This document shows positions 19,599 through 29,414 of a stretch of DNA of 43,190 nucleotides, in pieces. Source of the DNA: an uncultured Chthonomonadaceae bacterium (GTDB lineage Bacteria; Armatimonadota; Chthonomonadetes; Chthonomonadales; Chthonomonadaceae); assembly GCA_963835065.1 (NCBI GenBank), contig CAWIEK010000032.1, forward strand, positions 1-43,190, given 5' to 3'. The first letter of the stretch is position 1. The number at the start of each line of letters is the position of its first letter. Both the position numbers and the translations under genes were made by a program. The notes under the pieces were generated by a model. It was not told the origin of the DNA, made no database searches, and saw only the letters and a program-made list of their open reading frames with translations.

Positions 19599-20423
19599 AT
19601 GACTCTTTTCAATCTTGCTTCCACTCCCGATGCCCTGCGGCGCGCGTACCGACAGGAACGCGATGCCTGGCTTGCGCATACAGCGCCGATGCTGGAAAAC
19701 GATCCGCGTGTGATTGCGGCTTGGCTGTTCGGCTCGTTGGGACGGGGAACCGAAGACGATTTGAGCGATGTGGATATTTTTGTGGTTCTTGCGGATGCCA
19801 GCGCCGACAGGGTTATGGCAAACCGGCAGGAACATATTGCTTCGCGCGAAAAACCTTTGCTCCTGCTCGACGCGCCGCAGAACGCCCCGCCTTTTGGCGC
19901 GTACAATATGGCGCTGTACGATGGACAATCAGGGCCGCATCAGGTGGATTGGTACTGGCAGCCGCAAGCGCAGGCGCGTATTCCCACCCAAACACGATTG
20001 CTTTTTGATCGCGCCGGGCTTCCGCATTCGGACGGCCCGCCGCAGTTTACCTATCAGCCCGTGCCGGAGCGTACGCCTGAAGAAGCCATCGCGCAGGCCG
20101 TCAACTTTTTCTGGGCCATGCTGCTGATTACCGCCAAATACGCGGTTCGCAAGCCCGATGATTCCGATACAGGCTTGCTTACCTACCCACTCACATCCCT
20201 GCGCGAAGTACGCGCGTTTACAGGCGACACTACGCCCATGCCGTTTACAGCCGACGTTTCCTGCCCGGACTTTGGCACGAGATTGCGCCTGCTGCGCGTT
20301 CTGGCTGACGATATGGAACGGCAAATGCCGAAATTATCCGTTCGTGACATTCCCATTCCTGACGGTATCGCCCCATCCATGTATCGGTATTTGGATTTTG
20401 TCGAGACAGTTGGGAAAAGGTAA
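19599..20423 (+). CDS. Pol-beta superfamily nucleotidyltransferase (antibiotic adenylyltransferase-like)
   Basis: DPRVIAAWLFGSLGRGTEDDLSDVD motif, QVDWY third Asp, helical C-domain (FFWAMLLITAKYAVR); GAGG RBS before ATG 19599. Confidence 0.8.
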   Translation: MTLFNLASTPDALRRAYRQERDAWLAHTAPMLENDPRVIAAWLFGSLGRGTEDDLSDVDIFVVLADASADRVMANRQEHIASREKPLLLLDAPQNAPPFGAYNMALYDGQSGPHQVDWYWQPQAQARIPTQTRLLFDRAGLPHSDGPPQFTYQPVPERTPEEAIAQAVNFFWAMLLITAKYAVRKPDDSDTGLLTYPLTSLREVRAFTGDTTPMPFTADVSCPDFGTRLRLLRVLADDMERQMPKLSVRDIPIPDGIAPSMYRYLDFVETVGKR

Positions 20424-20506
20424 AAAGTTCTGCAACTTTCCACCTGCCGAACCTGTCAAGGCTAAACCTGTGTTACGAATGAACGAATTAACGACAAGGA
20501 GGAACC

Positions 20507-22753
20507 ATGTCCCCGCTCCATTCCGCGGATTCCGCTGCCGCGAAGGAACAACCGGAACGCCCGCCCGCCGATCAGAACACCGCCCTTGCCGCCGACGTTC
20601 CGATGCTGCCTGCGCTGATTCAACTGGAAGGCGATTACGCCGAGGACGGGCAGTATGGCCGCCGCATTTTTGAAGTGACCGCCGAACAAGTCCGCGTGAT
20701 GGAAGCCAACGGCGCGGTTTCGTTCCAGATGCCGATTGCCGAAGTAAAATCCGCCCGCAACGAGCCGATGGTCGGCGGCGGGCAACTGGAAATCACCACC
20801 AAAACCAACGAAATCGTGCCTGTACTCGCGTACTCGCTGACCCTTGCCGCCAAGTTTTCGGAAGCGGCGCGGGGATTGGAGCAGCTTGCCAAAGGGGAAG
20901 AACTCTGCATCAATCTGAAGCTGGAACGCCTCCGCTGCGAGAAATGCGACCGCCTGCTTCCCGAAAAGGACGGTATCTGCCCCGCCTGCGTCAATCGCCG
21001 CAAAACCCTGCTGCGTATCGCGGGCTTTCTCGGCCCATACCGACGCCATGCGGCGGGACTTATCGGGCTGGCCCTGCTTACGACGGTTATCAACTTACTG
21101 CCGCCGATTATACAGGGCAGCATCATTGACAATGTGCTGACCACGCATCGCAACATCGGCAAATTGGGCGGACTGATGGGCGCGTGGCTGGCGATTGTGG
21201 TTGTCGCCACGCTCGTACAAATCGCCACCGGACGCCTGACGGCGATTTTGAGCGGCAGCATCGCCGCCGATTTACGGGCAGGCGTGTACCGCGCCATCGA
21301 GCAATTGCAGGTCAGCTACTTCGACAAAAAGCAGGTGGGCGCGATTACCAGCCGCGTCACACAGGACACGGATCGCGTGTGGGGCTTTCTCGTGGACGGC
21401 CTGCCATACCTGGTTTCCAACGCGCTGCTGCTTGTCGGCGTCGGAGCCTTGCTGTTCGCAACGAATTGGAAACTCGCCCTGTACGTGCTGTCGCCCATGC
21501 CGCTCGTCCTGCTGCTCAGTGGCGTGTTCTGGAAGCCGATTTCCCAAAAGTATTTCCGCGTCGGCCAAAAGTGGGCGCGCTTTCACATGCACCTGAACGA
21601 ATCCTTGACAGGTATTCGCGTCGTGAAAGCGTTTGCCAAAGAAGACCACGAGTACGATAAATTTACGCGGCACAACCTGGAATTGCGCGACGCGGGCGTG
21701 GAAGCCGACGTGAAATGGTTCACGATTTTCAGCGCCATGATTCTGTTCACCAGCCTGGGCGCGCTGATAAACTGGACGGTTGGCGGCTACATGGTGTACC
21801 GGGGCGAACTCTCGCTCGGCAGCTTCATCCGTATCAACGCCTTCATCGGCATGATCTATATGCCCCTGCAATGGTTCGGGCAGTTGAACCAGTGGTTCAG
21901 TCGGGCAATGGCGGGCGCGGAGCGGATTTTCGAGATCATAGACGCGGAAAAAGAGCAGTACGCCAAAGAAAACGGCAAGCCTCACGCCATTGTGGGCGAG
22001 GTGCAGTTTGATAATGTGCGCTTCGGTTACGACAAGTCCAACCCGATTTTGAAGGGGCTGAACTTTACCGCGCAGCCGGGGGAAATGATCGGGCTTGTCG
22101 GCAAATCCGGCGCGGGCAAATCCACGACCATCAACCTGCTGTGCCGCTTTTACGAACCGGACGCGGGCAGCATCAAGATTGACGGCATAGATTACCGCGA
22201 CATTACCTTGCAGGACATGCGGCATCAGATCGGCATCGTGTTGCAGGAACCGTTTCTGTTCAACGGCTCGGTTGCCGAAAACATCGCGTATGGCAAGCCG
22301 GACGCGAGTTTTGAAGAGATCGTCGCAGCCGCCAAAGCCGCCAACGCCCACAACTTCATTTTGGGCAAGCCGGACGGCTACGACACGATGGTAGGCGAAA
22401 AGGGCGGCAAGCTATCGGGCGGCGAGCGGCAGCGCGTATCCATTGCCCGCGCCATTCTGCACAATCCGCGCATCCTGATTCTGGACGAGGCGACTTCGAG
22501 CGTAGACGTGGAAACCGAAAAACAAATACAGGAAGCCATCAGCCGCCTGATTGCCGGACGCACCACGTTCGCCATCGCGCACCGCCTGTCCACATTGCGC
22601 AACGCCAGCCGCCTGATCGTGCTGGAAAAAGGCGAAATCGTCGAAATGGGAACCCATCAGGAACTCATGGAAAAGAAGGGCGAGTTCTACAAACTGGTAG
22701 AAACGCAATCGCAAGTCACGCAAATACTCGGCGTCATTGGTGAAGACAAATAA
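20507..22753 (+). CDS. ABC exporter (fused permease + ATPase) with N-terminal extension and Zn ribbon; DUF1854/cyanophycin-associated type
   Basis: CEKC..CPAC, six TM segments, GKSGAGKST, LSGGERQR, ILILDEATSSVD, IAHRLST; RBS AGGAGG. Confidence 0.92.
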   Translation: MSPLHSADSAAAKEQPERPPADQNTALAADVPMLPALIQLEGDYAEDGQYGRRIFEVTAEQVRVMEANGAVSFQMPIAEVKSARNEPMVGGGQLEITTKTNEIVPVLAYSLTLAAKFSEAARGLEQLAKGEELCINLKLERLRCEKCDRLLPEKDGICPACVNRRKTLLRIAGFLGPYRRHAAGLIGLALLTTVINLLPPIIQGSIIDNVLTTHRNIGKLGGLMGAWLAIVVVATLVQIATGRLTAILSGSIAADLRAGVYRAIEQLQVSYFDKKQVGAITSRVTQDTDRVWGFLVDGLPYLVSNALLLVGVGALLFATNWKLALYVLSPMPLVLLLSGVFWKPISQKYFRVGQKWARFHMHLNESLTGIRVVKAFAKEDHEYDKFTRHNLELRDAGVEADVKWFTIFSAMILFTSLGALINWTVGGYMVYRGELSLGSFIRINAFIGMIYMPLQWFGQLNQWFSRAMAGAERIFEIIDAEKEQYAKENGKPHAIVGEVQFDNVRFGYDKSNPILKGLNFTAQPGEMIGLVGKSGAGKSTTINLLCRFYEPDAGSIKIDGIDYRDITLQDMRHQIGIVLQEPFLFNGSVAENIAYGKPDASFEEIVAAAKAANAHNFILGKPDGYDTMVGEKGGKLSGGERQRVSIARAILHNPRILILDEATSSVDVETEKQIQEAISRLIAGRTTFAIAHRLSTLRNASRLIVLEKGEIVEMGTHQELMEKKGEFYKLVETQSQVTQILGVIGEDK

Positions 22754-22762
22754 AAATTCATC

Positions 22763-22891
22763 TCACCACAGAGGCACAGAGACACAGAGGTTTCACAGAG
22801 AAATAAATGGAGAGAAGAGGAGGTTCTTTTGTCTTTCTTTCCCTCTGGAATTCCTCTGTGAAACCTCTGTGTCTCTGTGCCTCTGTGGTGA
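22763..22891. mobile_element. MITE-like inverted-repeat element
   Basis: 38-bp perfect IR tcaccacagaggcacagagacacagaggtttcacagag 22763-22800 / 22854-22891. Confidence 0.8.
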
Positions 22892-22915
22892 AGGTTTGTT
22901 CTGAAGGAGGCAACA

Positions 22916-24088
22916 GTGGAGATACGCGAACTTAGACCCGAGGAGCAGGAAACGGCGACGTATATCGGGCGGCAGGCGTTTGCGCATGGGAATCGGGGCG
23001 GGACCGGCTGGCAATCCGACCCGAACTGCCCGCCGCTTACGTCATTGGGCGTGTTTGATGACGCGGGGATGCAGGCGCGGTTGAACATTATTCATTACCG
23101 CGTTCACCTGGGCGCGGATGTGGTTGTACCGATGGGCGGAATTGGCGGCGTGGCGTGTCTGCCCGCCAGTCGGGGCAAGGGGTACACGGGCAAGCTGCTG
23201 CAAGCCGCGCTGGAGCGGATGCGCGACCTGCAAATGCCTATTTCATCGCTGTTTCCGTTCAGTTGGGAGTTTTACCGGCGTTATGGCTGGGAGTGGGTAG
23301 GCTGGACGCGCCAGTACAACATTCCCACGCGCCTGTTCAAGCCCAGCCCGCATACGGAACACGTTCGCGCCGCAACCCCTTCCGACCGTTCTCAAATCGA
23401 AGCGTGTTACACCGCGTATGCTCAACGATTTCGGGGTATGCTGGAACGCGACGAGAAACGCTGGAACGACAAACTCAAAGACCGGGACGACAAATATACC
23501 TTTACGTTCGTGTACGAGAACAACGGCATCGTGGAAGGCTACTTGTCCTATCACGGCGGCTCGGATGACGAAACCTGGCTGAGTGAGTTTATCGCGCTCA
23601 CCCCGAACGCGCGTTTAGCCTTGTTCGGACTACTGCGCCGCCACGATATGCAGACGGAAAAGTTCGCCTGGCGCGCGCCCGACAACGATCCGCTGTTTCA
23701 CCAGCTATGCCATGACGACATTAACATCAAACTGTTTCCGACCACGCAGGGGCGCGTCATAGATGTTGCCGCCGCTTTTGCCGCGTGGAAGCCCGACACG
23801 GACCTGCGCGGCAGTGTCCGCCTTGCGGTTACGGATGAACACGCGCCCTGGAATCAAGGCATCTGGCACATCGAATTCGAGAACGGCCAAACCGACATCC
23901 GCAAAACCGACCGCGAAGCCCAGGTCACTCTGTCCATACAAGCCCTGTCGCAAGCCTACTACGGCACTCCAACCTTAGACGAAATTCGCGAACAAGCGCA
24001 TCAAATCCAAATTCACGATGAAAGCGGCTACGAGGCTCTGCGCGACCTGCTCACCGGCCCGCCCATGTGGACCTACGACAGCTTCTGA
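22916..24088 (+). CDS. Eis-family GNAT N-acetyltransferase with C-terminal SCP2-like domain
   Basis: PMGGIGGVACLPASRGKG, SSLFPFSWEFYRRYGWE, GRVIDV, VTDEHAPWNQG, IQALSQAYYG; RBS AGGAGG. Confidence 0.9.
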   Translation: MEIRELRPEEQETATYIGRQAFAHGNRGGTGWQSDPNCPPLTSLGVFDDAGMQARLNIIHYRVHLGADVVVPMGGIGGVACLPASRGKGYTGKLLQAALERMRDLQMPISSLFPFSWEFYRRYGWEWVGWTRQYNIPTRLFKPSPHTEHVRAATPSDRSQIEACYTAYAQRFRGMLERDEKRWNDKLKDRDDKYTFTFVYENNGIVEGYLSYHGGSDDETWLSEFIALTPNARLALFGLLRRHDMQTEKFAWRAPDNDPLFHQLCHDDINIKLFPTTQGRVIDVAAAFAAWKPDTDLRGSVRLAVTDEHAPWNQGIWHIEFENGQTDIRKTDREAQVTLSIQALSQAYYGTPTLDEIREQAHQIQIHDESGYEALRDLLTGPPMWTYDSF

Positions 24089-24108
24089 AAATCTGCATTG
24101 GAGACCCT

Positions 24109-24582
24109 ATGGAACCCGCAAGTTTGAAACTGTTTTACCATCCTAAAGACCGGCTGCGGCTGACGATTGGCGAGGAGAAATCCTACCCAACCGTAAAGCC
24201 CGCGTGGGCCGCGCCCCTGTCGCGTCCCAATCACTATTTGTGTCTGCTGGATGGCAAGGGCAACGAGATCGTGATGCTGACCGATCCCGCCGCGCTGCCG
24301 CCCGATTCGTGGGAGGCCGTACAGCAGGAATTGCGACGGCGGTACATGACCGGCACGGTGACGGCGATTCACGACGCCCGCGTGGAATACGGCGCGACCT
24401 ATTGGAGCGTGGACACCAACCGGGGCAAGCGCGACTTCGTGACGCAGAGCCTGCAGGAAAACGCGCAATGGCTGTCGCCCACGCACTTATTGCTCATAGA
24501 CGTGGACGGCAACCGCTTCGAGATTCCCGACGTGAACGCCCTCGACCCCCGCAGCCACAACTTTATCACAGCGATATTATAA
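24109..24582 (+). CDS. DUF1854 domain protein
   Basis: PLSRPNHYLCLLDGKGNEI, ELRRRY, WSVDTNRG, LLIDVDGNRFEIPDVNALDPRS; GGAG RBS. Confidence 0.85.
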   Translation: MEPASLKLFYHPKDRLRLTIGEEKSYPTVKPAWAAPLSRPNHYLCLLDGKGNEIVMLTDPAALPPDSWEAVQQELRRRYMTGTVTAIHDARVEYGATYWSVDTNRGKRDFVTQSLQENAQWLSPTHLLLIDVDGNRFEIPDVNALDPRSHNFITAIL

Positions 24583-24596
24583 AGGGGGATAAAGAA

Positions 24597-24644
24597 AGCC
24601 CCTCTTCTGCAAACATAAAAATCTATGTTTGCAGAAGAGGGGCT
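24597..24644. terminator. 21-bp perfect inverted repeat between convergent genes (probable bidirectional terminator or REP)
   Basis: agcccctcttctgcaaacata / tatgtttgcagaagaggggct. Confidence 0.65.
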
Positions 24645-24735
24645 GAAATCAGGCAGTTCTAAAAGGCTCCAACGCAAGGATGCACAACGCATCACCCTAA
24701 CCACCTAAAACCCTAGAACCCTAATCCCCTACACC

Positions 24736-26664
24736 TTACGGCATCAGCGCGCCGCCCACGGGAGGCAATCCGCCCGCGCCACCTGCGCCGGGAGCCGCCA
24801 GGCCACCGCCGACACCACCGCCCGCGCCCACGCTGCTGGGACGCTCCGGGATAATCGTCGGCGTGATGAAGACGACCAGTTCCGAGTCGTCCGTCGTGAC
24901 GTTGCGCGAACGGAACAGCGTCCCGATGAGGGGCAGGTCGCCCAACAGCGGCACTTTGTTGGTGGAAACGTTGTCGCGCTTGCGGGTCAGGCCGGCAATG
25001 ACCATCGAGTCGCCGTTGCGCACGATGCGCGTGATGGTAACGGGCTGCGTAATGGTAATCGGGATCGTGCCGCCGGACGGGTTGGTAATCGTACCGGTAA
25101 CGTCGCTGAAAACGACCTGGCCGAAGAGCGTAATGGAATCATCGCCGTTGATGCGCGGCGTGACATTGAGCTGCACCGTGACCGGAACCGTCTGAATGGT
25201 CGAGGTGACGGCGCTTTGCCCGTTGGCCGTCAGCACCGCGCCCGAAAGAATGACCGGGATCAGCTGCTGACTGGTGAAGTTGGCAGCAACGCCGTTGAGG
25301 GTTGTGGCGAGGGGCGACGCGACGACTTTGCCTCGTCCCTGCGTGAGAATAAAGCTCAACTGCGCTTGCAGGTTGCCCGTCGCATACTGCACAAACGCGG
25401 TATTGGCCGTTTGATAGCCGATGTTCGCGCCCGCCAGCAGGTTCACTTTGGTAAAGTTGAAGTTGAGGCCGAAAGAGTTGACGTCGTTCTGCGTGACCGT
25501 GACGAATTCCGCCTTGATTTGAATCTGGCGCGGCTTTACATCCAGCACTTGCAGCACCTGCTGCAGGTTGGCAATCTGAACCGGGTCGTCATAGCGCAGC
25601 ACGAGCGAGTTATCCGCGTCAAGCGCGAAAATGTCTTGTGAGGAGATACCCTGCAGGAAGCCCTGCGCGGCTCCGAAGCCGGGGGCGTTGTTCTGTCCCG
25701 TGCCGCCTGTGCCGCCCGGCTGTCCAAGTCCTCCGCCGCCACCAAAAGCGCCCTGTCCTCTGCCGAATTCGCTGAAGTTACGGGAATCGCGATTGGCATT
25801 CTGGTCGCCATTCGCGCCATTGGCTCCAAAGTTGCCGCCGGAATTATTGCCGGAGTTGTTTCCAAAATTGTTGCCGGGCGCGGCGGAATTTCCGCCGTTG
25901 TTCCCGCCGGGCTGGAGTGAGCCGCCGTTGGCGCGGTTGGAAAGCGGGTTGCTGCCGTTGATGGGCGCGCTGGGGCCGACCTGCGGGCCGGCGTTGGGAA
26001 CCTGCGGATTGATCGGGCCGGCTCCGTAGGGCAGAACCGTAATGCCGCCGCCGGAATTACCGTTGCTGCTGAAGTAGGGGCGCGGGTACATGGCTTCGAT
26101 GAACTGGCGGTTGGACGCGATTTCAAACTGCTCATCGGGATCGAGGGCGTCGGAGGGAGCCAGTCCCAACATGCGCAGCATGCGCTTGGGCGGCGTGTAC
26201 TTGAGATAAAACTTTTCGTATTTCAACACGCGCTGCGCGGGCGGAGCCATGTTGTCCTGCGCCGTTGCGACAAGCGGCGGCGTCACGACATGGGGCGCGC
26301 TGCCGATGGGGCCGATGAAGTAGGTTCCATGCTCCTGCCACAGTTCCGCGCCCGCCGACTGCGCGATGATCTTGAGCGCTTCGGAAACGGGCTTGCGCGA
26401 AATAGAAACCTGGACGCGCCGGTAATCGCCGGGCATCAGCACGTAATCCACATGGGTCTGCTGGCCGACCAGCCGCAAGGCGATGGGCAGGGGCGTATCC
26501 ACCAGGTCTACGTTTTTCAGCTGCGCTTCCAGAGCGCCCGTGTCGTCTGCCGACGTCGCGTTCTGCGCGCGAGTCACGGCGCTGCCCACCATCAACAGCG
26601 ACGCGCCTGCCACAGCGGTCGTCGCCAGGCGGCGTTTCCGCCGACTCAAACGTTGCAAGCTCAT
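24736..26664 (-). CDS. pilQ: Secretin (PilQ/GspD family)
   Basis: N-terminal STN-like domain, LDVKPRQIQIKAEFV, GKVVASP, VTPRIN, KVPLLGDLPLIGTLFRS, ELVVFITPTII; last gene of pil cluster. Confidence 0.88.
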   Translation of the reverse strand: MSLQRLSRRKRRLATTAVAGASLLMVGSAVTRAQNATSADDTGALEAQLKNVDLVDTPLPIALRLVGQQTHVDYVLMPGDYRRVQVSISRKPVSEALKIIAQSAGAELWQEHGTYFIGPIGSAPHVVTPPLVATAQDNMAPPAQRVLKYEKFYLKYTPPKRMLRMLGLAPSDALDPDEQFEIASNRQFIEAMYPRPYFSSNGNSGGGITVLPYGAGPINPQVPNAGPQVGPSAPINGSNPLSNRANGGSLQPGGNNGGNSAAPGNNFGNNSGNNSGGNFGANGANGDQNANRDSRNFSEFGRGQGAFGGGGGLGQPGGTGGTGQNNAPGFGAAQGFLQGISSQDIFALDADNSLVLRYDDPVQIANLQQVLQVLDVKPRQIQIKAEFVTVTQNDVNSFGLNFNFTKVNLLAGANIGYQTANTAFVQYATGNLQAQLSFILTQGRGKVVASPLATTLNGVAANFTSQQLIPVILSGAVLTANGQSAVTSTIQTVPVTVQLNVTPRINGDDSITLFGQVVFSDVTGTITNPSGGTIPITITQPVTITRIVRNGDSMVIAGLTRKRDNVSTNKVPLLGDLPLIGTLFRSRNVTTDDSELVVFITPTIIPERPSSVGAGGGVGGGLAAPGAGGAGGLPPVGGALMP

Positions 26665-27063
26665 ACCAGTCTCCCTTACGCCGCGCCGAACATGCGGGCG
26701 GGCGCTTCTTGTTGCATGGATCTATCGAACAGAGGCATTTGTACCTAAGACGTACTTAAAATGGCTGTCAGTTCGCTTTACACGGGCGAACCGGCTTATT
26801 TTGCCGCAACCGGAATTGCATGGAACGGCGAAAGGCACACGAAGACGGCTTTCCTTGATGCAACAACAGCAGGATTGCACAGCAAAGGAACGGACACCGC
26901 GAGGAAACGCGCCGCAGAAGCGCGTCACGGCAGAAATCTTGGAAGGTCAAAACAAGGCAATCAAACCGAGGGCACAGAGTGGGAAGGAGCAAAGCCCCTT
27001 CCCATTTCCGCACAAATTCTCAACTCGCGCACAATCAATTACGAACTTTCAACCGGCAATTGC

Positions 27064-27840
27064 TTAGAAGCCGCGGCCACCGCCGCCGCCACCACCCAGG
27101 CCGCCGCTGATGCCGCCGCCAAAGCCACCGCCGCCGCCACCGAAGCTGCTGCCGCCGCCGCCAAAGCCGCCACCGCCGCTGCCCCCGAAGCCGCCGCCGC
27201 CGAAGCTGCTGCCGCCACCACCAAGTCCACCGCCGAAGCCGCCGCCACCGAAGCCGCCACCGCCGCCAGTGCCTCCCAGACCACCACCCTGCTGCTGTTG
27301 CCCTACAATGGAGGGAATGATCTGCGCTTTGAGCAGGCTCGCAATGTAGAAGGAGTTGTAGTGGATTTCACCCGTCGAACCGAAAAACTTGCGGTACTTC
27401 AACAGGTTGCTCTTCGGCTCGTCAGGTGTCGGCTCCACGCCTGTGGTATCGCCTGGATCGATTTTCTTTTCAATGATGGAGTAGACGCCGCCTTCCACCT
27501 TGTACGTCAGGGGAACCTGCGAGTTCACGCTTTTCAGCAGCAAGTCCAGCGCGCTGCGGAACGGGATGTTGGTCAGTTTTGCCGTCACCGACAGTTGCCG
27601 CAGGCTGGGATCAAGAATATAGTTGCCCTTGATCTGCACAAACAGCAACTTCAGCGCCGAATACAGGTCGGCGTTCTCCAGGTCCAGATTAATCGGCTTG
27701 TTGGACGCTTCGCTGCCACTGGCCGGGTCGTTGCCCGGAAGCTGCGCGTCCTGCCCTTGAGCGGACGCGGGCATGGCGAGCGCGCCCAACGCCGTGAGCG
27801 ATACACAGGCCACGCCAAACAATCCATAACGTGTTTTCAA
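27064..27840 (-). CDS. Secreted secretin-N/STN-like domain protein with (GGGF)n tail
   Basis: TTG start after GAGGAGG, signal peptide (PASA), INLDLENADLYSALKLLF..NIPFRSALDLLL..YKVEGGVYSI, Gly/Phe-rich C-terminus; no secretin C-domain. Confidence 0.78.
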   Translation of the reverse strand: MKTRYGLFGVACVSLTALGALAMPASAQGQDAQLPGNDPASGSEASNKPINLDLENADLYSALKLLFVQIKGNYILDPSLRQLSVTAKLTNIPFRSALDLLLKSVNSQVPLTYKVEGGVYSIIEKKIDPGDTTGVEPTPDEPKSNLLKYRKFFGSTGEIHYNSFYIASLLKAQIIPSIVGQQQQGGGLGGTGGGGGFGGGGFGGGLGGGGSSFGGGGFGGSGGGGFGGGGSSFGGGGGGFGGGISGGLGGGGGGGRGF

Positions 27841-28217
27841 TGGTTTCTCCTCCTCGGGTGAGCCGCGTATTCGCAAAAGCGCGCGACCTGTTTCCTGCAA
27901 AGTCCGGTTTGTTACCGCTTACGCTCGTTCCGCATCGGTTTGGGAAACGCGCCGCTCCGGCAATTGGTGAACGCGGGCGAGTGAAAGCCTCGCCGCTACT
28001 TTGGGAACGCGCTTACGCCTCTGGCTGTTCCAAAATTTGGAACGGCAGGCATTATGGCGAAACGCGCCGTGCTTTAGACGTTCAGGTTCCCGGGTTGGTT
28101 ACATAGTCGGTTGATTATACCAGAGACCGCGTTGGTTTTCCTGCTTGTTTGGACGACAAAAAGGACAAATTTTGAGAAAAGTTCTCATTTTGTCCTTTTT
28201 GCTCGGATTCACCGCAT

Positions 28218-29273
28218 TTAATCGCTGCCGCCGGCTTTACCGCCGCCGCCACCGCCGGGCTTAGGCCGGGGCGCTGCCTGCCGCCGCCACTGCCACCCAA
28301 AGCCGCCGCTGCCTGCCGGTCCGCCGCTGCCGCCCGGAAAGCCGCCCCGGTTCCCGCCACGCCCGCCGAACAATCCGCCTGAATTGGATTGCTGGCTGTT
28401 TGACGCATCCGTCAGGGGAACAATCTGGGTGCGAATGACGTTGCCGTCCTTGCGCTGCAATTTCACGCTGTCGCTGCTAATGGACGCCACGCGGTAGCCG
28501 TCCGGGGTCATGCTGCCGGGCTTGACGATGACCGGGTCGCCACCCTCCGCGCTTTCCAGAATCGCGAACACGCCATCCCCGCTCATGATGCCCGACACGC
28601 GCCGGGTCGCCAATTCGCGTATGTTGACTTCACCCGGCGGGGGAACTTCCACTTCGGCGCTTGCCAGGCGCATCGGCTGAATGCTGTCGAATACATAAGG
28701 AGGCGGCGGCACTTTATGCCAGGTCACTTTGAACGGATCAAGTTCGGGATGCTTCTGGATGGAAGCGATCTTGGTTCCGGGCACACCGGGCGTACCGGGC
28801 GCAGCCGGTGTTCCCGGAGCCGCGGGAGTTCCCGGAGCCGCCGGTGTTCCCTGCGCGGGAGCAGGGCCGCCGCCCAAAGTGCCGGCTGCCGGGGGCGCAG
28901 CGGGCGTCACGCCCCCCGGCGCTCCGGTTCCGTTAGGCGTTCCTTTGGCCCCGGCCATTTTGCCGTTGTCGCCCTTGCTCTTGGCCTGCATCTTATCCCC
29001 GGCCTTGCCCCCGCCCTGGGGCGAGAACGGGTCGGCTTTGCCATTGCCGCCCTTGCCTGCGGCTTGCGCGTCCTTGCCCGCGCCCGGCGCTCCGGGCGCT
29101 CCCGGCGCAGGCTTGGCGCCCATACCCGGCGCTCCGGCGGCAGGCTTCGTGGGACGCGCCGGCACGGCAGCGGGAGTGGTATCCGCGCTTTCCGCGTCAT
29201 CTTTATGGCAGCCGGTCAACACCAGCGCGGCTATCACGCCCCCCGCCAACAAAATCGGACTGTTTTTCAGCAT
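28218..29273 (-). CDS. PilP-like lipoprotein with long Pro/Ala/Gly linker
   Basis: Lipobox LTGC, DPF motif, RRVSGIMSGDGVFAILE..IVKPGS..YRVASISSDSVKL; PilP position in operon. Confidence 0.75.
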   Translation of the reverse strand: MLKNSPILLAGGVIAALVLTGCHKDDAESADTTPAAVPARPTKPAAGAPGMGAKPAPGAPGAPGAGKDAQAAGKGGNGKADPFSPQGGGKAGDKMQAKSKGDNGKMAGAKGTPNGTGAPGGVTPAAPPAAGTLGGGPAPAQGTPAAPGTPAAPGTPAAPGTPGVPGTKIASIQKHPELDPFKVTWHKVPPPPYVFDSIQPMRLASAEVEVPPPGEVNIRELATRRVSGIMSGDGVFAILESAEGGDPVIVKPGSMTPDGYRVASISSDSVKLQRKDGNVIRTQIVPLTDASNSQQSNSGGLFGGRGGNRGGFPGGSGGPAGSGGFGWQWRRQAAPRPKPGGGGGGKAGGSD

Positions 29274-29414
29274 GTCAGAACACCTTTACTCTTAACGCTT
29301 GCAATGCGAGTGGAAGCGCGTTCCACGTTCCTGTTCCAATGTCTAAAGGAGCAGTCGCTGAAAGTTCGTAGTTCCTGCATCCCTATCAACTACGAACTAT
29401 CAACTATCAACTCG

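Noticed and set aside
27064..27290. GCC-rich repeats as a possible DNA repeat array or CRISPR
   Set aside because: They encode the Gly-rich protein tail; no constant repeat with unique spacers, and no cas genes in the window.
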